Shown here piece after piece: positions 59,745-64,000 of a stretch of DNA of 64,000 nucleotides. The stretch's first letter is position 1. Each line of letters begins with the position of its first letter. Origin of the DNA: the human T2T-CHM13v2.0 reference genome, Homo sapiens; NCBI RefSeq assembly GCF_009914755.1, contig NC_060932.1. The stretch is one strand, 5' to 3'. The translations under genes and the position numbers were made by a program. The notes beneath the pieces are model-generated. The model saw nothing but the letters and a program-made list of their open reading frames with translations. It was not told the origin of the DNA and made no database searches.

Positions 59745-59990
59745 CTGATTGTTAACAGTGACATTATTGAGTACCTACTATTTGCCTGGTCATGTTCTGA
59801 GCCTCTTATGTGGATGACTTTAGTTCATTCTCATAAGAACGATGCGAGGTCAATGCTATTATTATTTCCATTTTACAGATGAAGAAACTAAAGCCTAGAG
59901 AATTAATGTAATTGCCCAAGGGCACATAGAGCCATGACTCACACTAAGGCCCACTGACCCCAGAGTCCATCCACTTAATCATAATCACTA
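59745..59990 (-). mobile_element. MIR
   Basis: attgagtacctactat...ccattttacagatgaagaaactaaagc...ttgcccaaggg. Confidence 0.82.
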
Positions 59991-61979
59991 TACACCAAAA
60001 TATTAAGGCTGGTGGTATTTCAAGTGACCTTTATTTTGTGTGTGTGTAGCTGGAGTGAAGAAGAGGGAGGGTGAAGAAATAGAAGGGATATGAAGAGGTT
60101 GACCTTTGTTGCATTGTTTTCTTTGCAATTAATTAGTGGAAAGACACCCCTCTCCCCACTTGCACAATTTTGTTTTGGAGGTCTGGGATCTAGACAATTT
60201 GTCTCTAATATATGTTTAAGGCCAGTACTTTTTTGGTGCTTGTCACATATCATTAGATGAAAAGTCATTGGAAGGCACAAGCTGTCCATGTTGAGCCAGA
60301 TTTCATTAGAAACCAAACCCTGTGACAAGAAATCTGAGCAACAAAAAGAGACACAAGCCCAACTTTCCGACTTCTTTTGAGCCATATTCTATTGACTAAA
60401 GTTCCAGCATTTTTTCTTTCTTTTGCTTGTGTTTTTTCATCATACCTCGTGCAGAGTGGTTTATGGGCTCTCAGCAAAGGCTGTGGGCCTGCTGACGAGT
60501 TGTCCTGAGCAATAATTTGAGAAACCAGTGCTGTTGTTGCTGCTTCCCCTCCTCAATGTTGGTGCTTTGAGCCTATGACTCACAGAGCTAGGCTCAGGGC
60601 CTCTTGGGCTACAGTCAAGGACAGGTTCTCTCAGGAATATTTGTGGGATGCTTGTACCTGTCATCCTCCTAGCAGTCCCTGTGGGTCCCAGCTGAATCTG
60701 ATTAAAGGTTCTTCCTGATTTATAGAGTCTACCTCCTCCCACCCCTTCCCCCATTCTCACTCTGCTTGAGCTGCTTGAGCTAGATCATTAAGATGCAGCA
60801 GGTGTACAATATTGTTTTGCTATAAAACTAAACGGGCTTAAAGTGTTCAGAGATAATGCATTCCTCTATCAGAGGATTTATGAAAGAGTAAAGATATTCT
60901 GGTTTGGCCCCTTTCCCAATGTATGCTCTTTTCCAAGCCCCACACATTAAAAACTGTGAGTATTTTTGTTACTTTCCTTTTTTTAAAAAAAATGTTTTTT
61001 TCTGCAATAGTTGCCTCTGATTAATATCCTTGTGCTCTCTGAGACCCAGAAAGTGGTTTAGTTTCCCTAGGACACTTTAACAATAGTGTGATTTACAGAG
61101 CAATTCACTGGAGCCAGGGGGCAATGTAATATAACAAAGCATTTTTCACAGCCTTTCTCCCCGGAGTTGCCACAAATGCAGAACCACTGTGCAGACAACA
61201 CAGGAATGAAGGTAAATTCACTGAAAGAACAAAAGGCACAGGTTTCCCAAGGTCATTTTGGATAATCAAACATCCAGTGGGGACACATTAACCTTGGTAG
61301 ACTCAAGCCGAGTGAAAAGCAGGCAGAGGTGGAGTGGGGCCAGGTTGCCCTCAGTGGGATTCTAATCTGAGAAATTGGTGTTGCCACTTAGCAACAGCAG
61401 AGTACAGTTGATTGGCACCCCTGTCTATTATCACCAGCACTGGGCTGAATACAGCATCCCAAATCACTGAGGGTTGTATGATTTGGTGCTAAGGAGCAGA
61501 CTAGAATCAGAACCCTATGACTTACTAGTGTGTATGGATGACATTGTGCAAGGCCAGTGGCCCTTCTGCTCTGTAAGCAGACTTGCTTCCCATGTCACAA
61601 TGGTTTCACAAATGCTGGAGAGATTTAAAAGAAAGTTCTGCTTGTTAGGAACCATTTCCTCTTGAAGCATTAGTATTCACTTGGCCAAATGCACACAACC
61701 AGCCCACAGTGTACAGGAACAAGGCTTCCAACAGCCTCATGAGTTAGTGGGCAGCTCAGTGCAAGAAAGGCTGCATCATTAGCCCGAGCTAAATGCAGCA
61801 GGCAGCCTCTGAGCCTCGGCCTAAGAGCCAGCCTTCTTCCCCCAGCTGGGATCAGCAGCTGCCTATGGAGTTTTGCTCTGGACTTGAGTGATGATTCATC
61901 TGACCAAGTTTTTTCCTTGCTGACTCCTCAAATTCCCAGACTATAAAAAGGAGGATTTAAGGAGGGTCTCGAAGTCAAT

Positions 61980-62250
61980 CAGTCAGTGAATAACTCTTGA
62001 TTAAACAACCACCTTGTGTCTAGCAGAAGGCTTGCCACTGTGGTCCCTTCCAAATAAAAAGAAGACATATGTTCCTTTCTCATAAGGAGCCTACAGTCTA
62101 GTTGGGGAAGCCATATAAGTATATGCAGAACAATAAAAAAGTGATAAAGTGCTGAACTATATATAGTGTTGGTTCTAGATGCAGGTGAAGTTGCATTTAG
62201 AGGCTGGCACTATGCATGGAAGGTTCATGAATGGAGTGGGCTGGAAATGC
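61980..62250 (-). mobile_element. L2 fragment
   Basis: aaggagcctacagtctagttgggg...gataaagtgct. Confidence 0.55.
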
Positions 62251-62423
62251 TGGGTCCACTGGAGATCAAAACGCAGGCAATATAAAGTGTGCAAAGTTTC
62301 CTATACTGTGATCAAGTTGGAAAAAAAAAAAGCTAAATGTAAGTCTCATAGGTTGAATTGTCTTTCCTTCTGGCTGTTTACCAGATTCTGTACAGGATTG
62401 AGGGCTCACCAAAACTTTCACAG

Positions 62424-62932
62424 CATGGTAGCCATCCTCCAAGATGGCTCTGGTGGGGACCTCTGCCTCCTGGCATTGACACGGTTGTGTTATTCTCTCT
62501 CACATTGTGCCAGGGATGGTCTATATGACCAATTAGAATACGGCAGAAATATTGGTATGCCAGTTCTGAGATTAGGTTATAAAAGATACTGTGGCTTCCA
62601 CAGAGATCTGAGTCTCTCTTTGTCTCTGTGCCACTCTGTCTTTCTCTCTTACACTGGGCAAAGCCAGATGCTATATGCAGCCCAATGGAAAGAAACCATA
62701 TGGAGAGGCCCACATGGCATGGAACTGAGACTTCTACCTACAACCATGTGAGTGAGCTTGGAATTGAATCCTCCAGCCCCAGTCAAGCCTTCAGATGACT
62801 GCAGTCCTGACCAATAGTTTGACTGCAACTTCATGAGAGACCTCAAATCAGAATCACCCAGATAAGCTGCTCCTGGGCTCCTGACCCACAGGAACAATGT
62901 AAAGGAATATACATTTGTTGTTTCAAGCTGCT
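62424..62932 (+). mobile_element. MaLR LTR (MLT1F-like), 3'-truncated
   Basis: ctccaagatggc...ttctgagattaggttataaaaga...ccagccccagtcaagccttcagatgactgcag. Confidence 0.82.
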
Positions 62933-63928
62933 ATCACTGAGCACTCTTCTTTTCTGGGCCAGCCCCAACTCTGTAGTCCAGTCTACAGCTCAGGCTGTGC
63001 TCTGTCTTCTTCAGGTTCAGTAGAATGATGACATCTGATTGCAACACTCTTCAACCTGGGGTCAAATTCATAGCAGCTCTTTCAAATTCAGGACTGCCAA
63101 AACTTCTCTCAGTAATCAGATCAGACTCTGCTGCCACAGTGGGTTTTCAGGAGTAGTCAGAGACTTCCCTGGCTGTGGGTACATCGCACAGCACCAATGT
63201 GTACTGTACAAGCATGAGTCTTCAGCCTGCTGATTGGACAGGAATGTGTAGTCTTCTATGTGGTTTGTGAAAACCACAAGCTGGAAAAAAAATCTGCTAA
63301 GGAATGAATGGCATCTCCACCTTCCCTGCAGTAGTGGACATGAGAACATGAGATGTTCATTCAGAGACCTTTCAGCGGCTTTTGCAGTTGCAAGAATGGT
63401 CTGAATCAGAAATTGTGAAGCTGCCCACAGACATTATGGTGAAATCCTGCCATTGGTGAAGCACTTGCTGAACACACAGTTTTCTTTTGGCCAAAGTTGA
63501 GAACCAGTGATGTTCTCAAAGTGACTGGGCTGTGTGACACTTTGAGAGGATGGCAAAGAAGCAGATTGGGAAACACTAGTGGACTGTTGGGGAGAGGAGA
63601 GCCATGGTTCTGTATCATGGACACTCTGACTTCATGGGAGCACAGTTGGCTTCTCTTCCCAGTATTCTCTGTTTTGGTGAGAGGCAAGACCATCACTTAG
63701 TTTTTTTAAAGACATGGGAAGGAATTGTTTTGGAGCCCTCACAAGTCTCCATCTCCTTATTATGTCATTGAGTCTTGTAGAGAACCTTCTATTTTTCCAA
63801 CCCTTCTCCTCTCCTCCATCCCTACTGCAATTGTTTAGTTTGGGCTTTCATCATTTCTTGCCTGGATTATCACAGTTGCTTTATACCTGAGAATCAGAGT
63901 TATCATTCCATGGCAAAGATCTGATAAG

Positions 63929-64000
63929 TGTTGCAGAAAGTCAGAGACCCCGAATGGAGGAACTGGCTGGAGCTGCAGCAGAGGAACATAAATTGTGAAG
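63929..64000 (+). mobile_element. 5' start of a MER11-type (HERV-K11) LTR, cut by window end
   Basis: tgttgcagaaagtcagagaccccgaatggagg...gaggaacataaattgtgaag matches the MER11 5' end. Confidence 0.8.

Noticed and set aside
62179-62751. 190-aa ORF
   Set aside because: Runs across L2 and MLT1F repeat sequence with no recognisable homology.

Overview
Primate (almost certainly human) intergenic DNA with no intact spliced protein-coding gene. The only gene-derived feature is a minus-strand processed retrocopy of RNF5 (~3220-4320). I recognise it as RNF5P1, which from memory lies at 8p11 between FGFR1 and TACC1. Its 180-codon frame is intact except for one TGG>TGA stop at W161. Much of the rest is interspersed repeat: about 29 Alus (all in the first 50.1 kb), MaLR/ERV solo LTRs, L1/L2/L3/MIR fragments and Tigger/MER5 DNA transposons, often deeply nested. 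There is also an orphan CpG island at ~53.5-54.5 kb. The observations most worth checking are: (1) the near-intact, possibly translatable or read-through-prone RNF5 retrocopy; (2) three apparent templated-insertion DNA-repair scars; (3) the orphan CpG island and an Alu-free, motif-rich right end; (4) strong candidate non-coding exon signals. I found no convincing new multi-gene system. Repeat family names come from remembered consensus sequences, and their boundaries are approximate unless a TSD is quoted.
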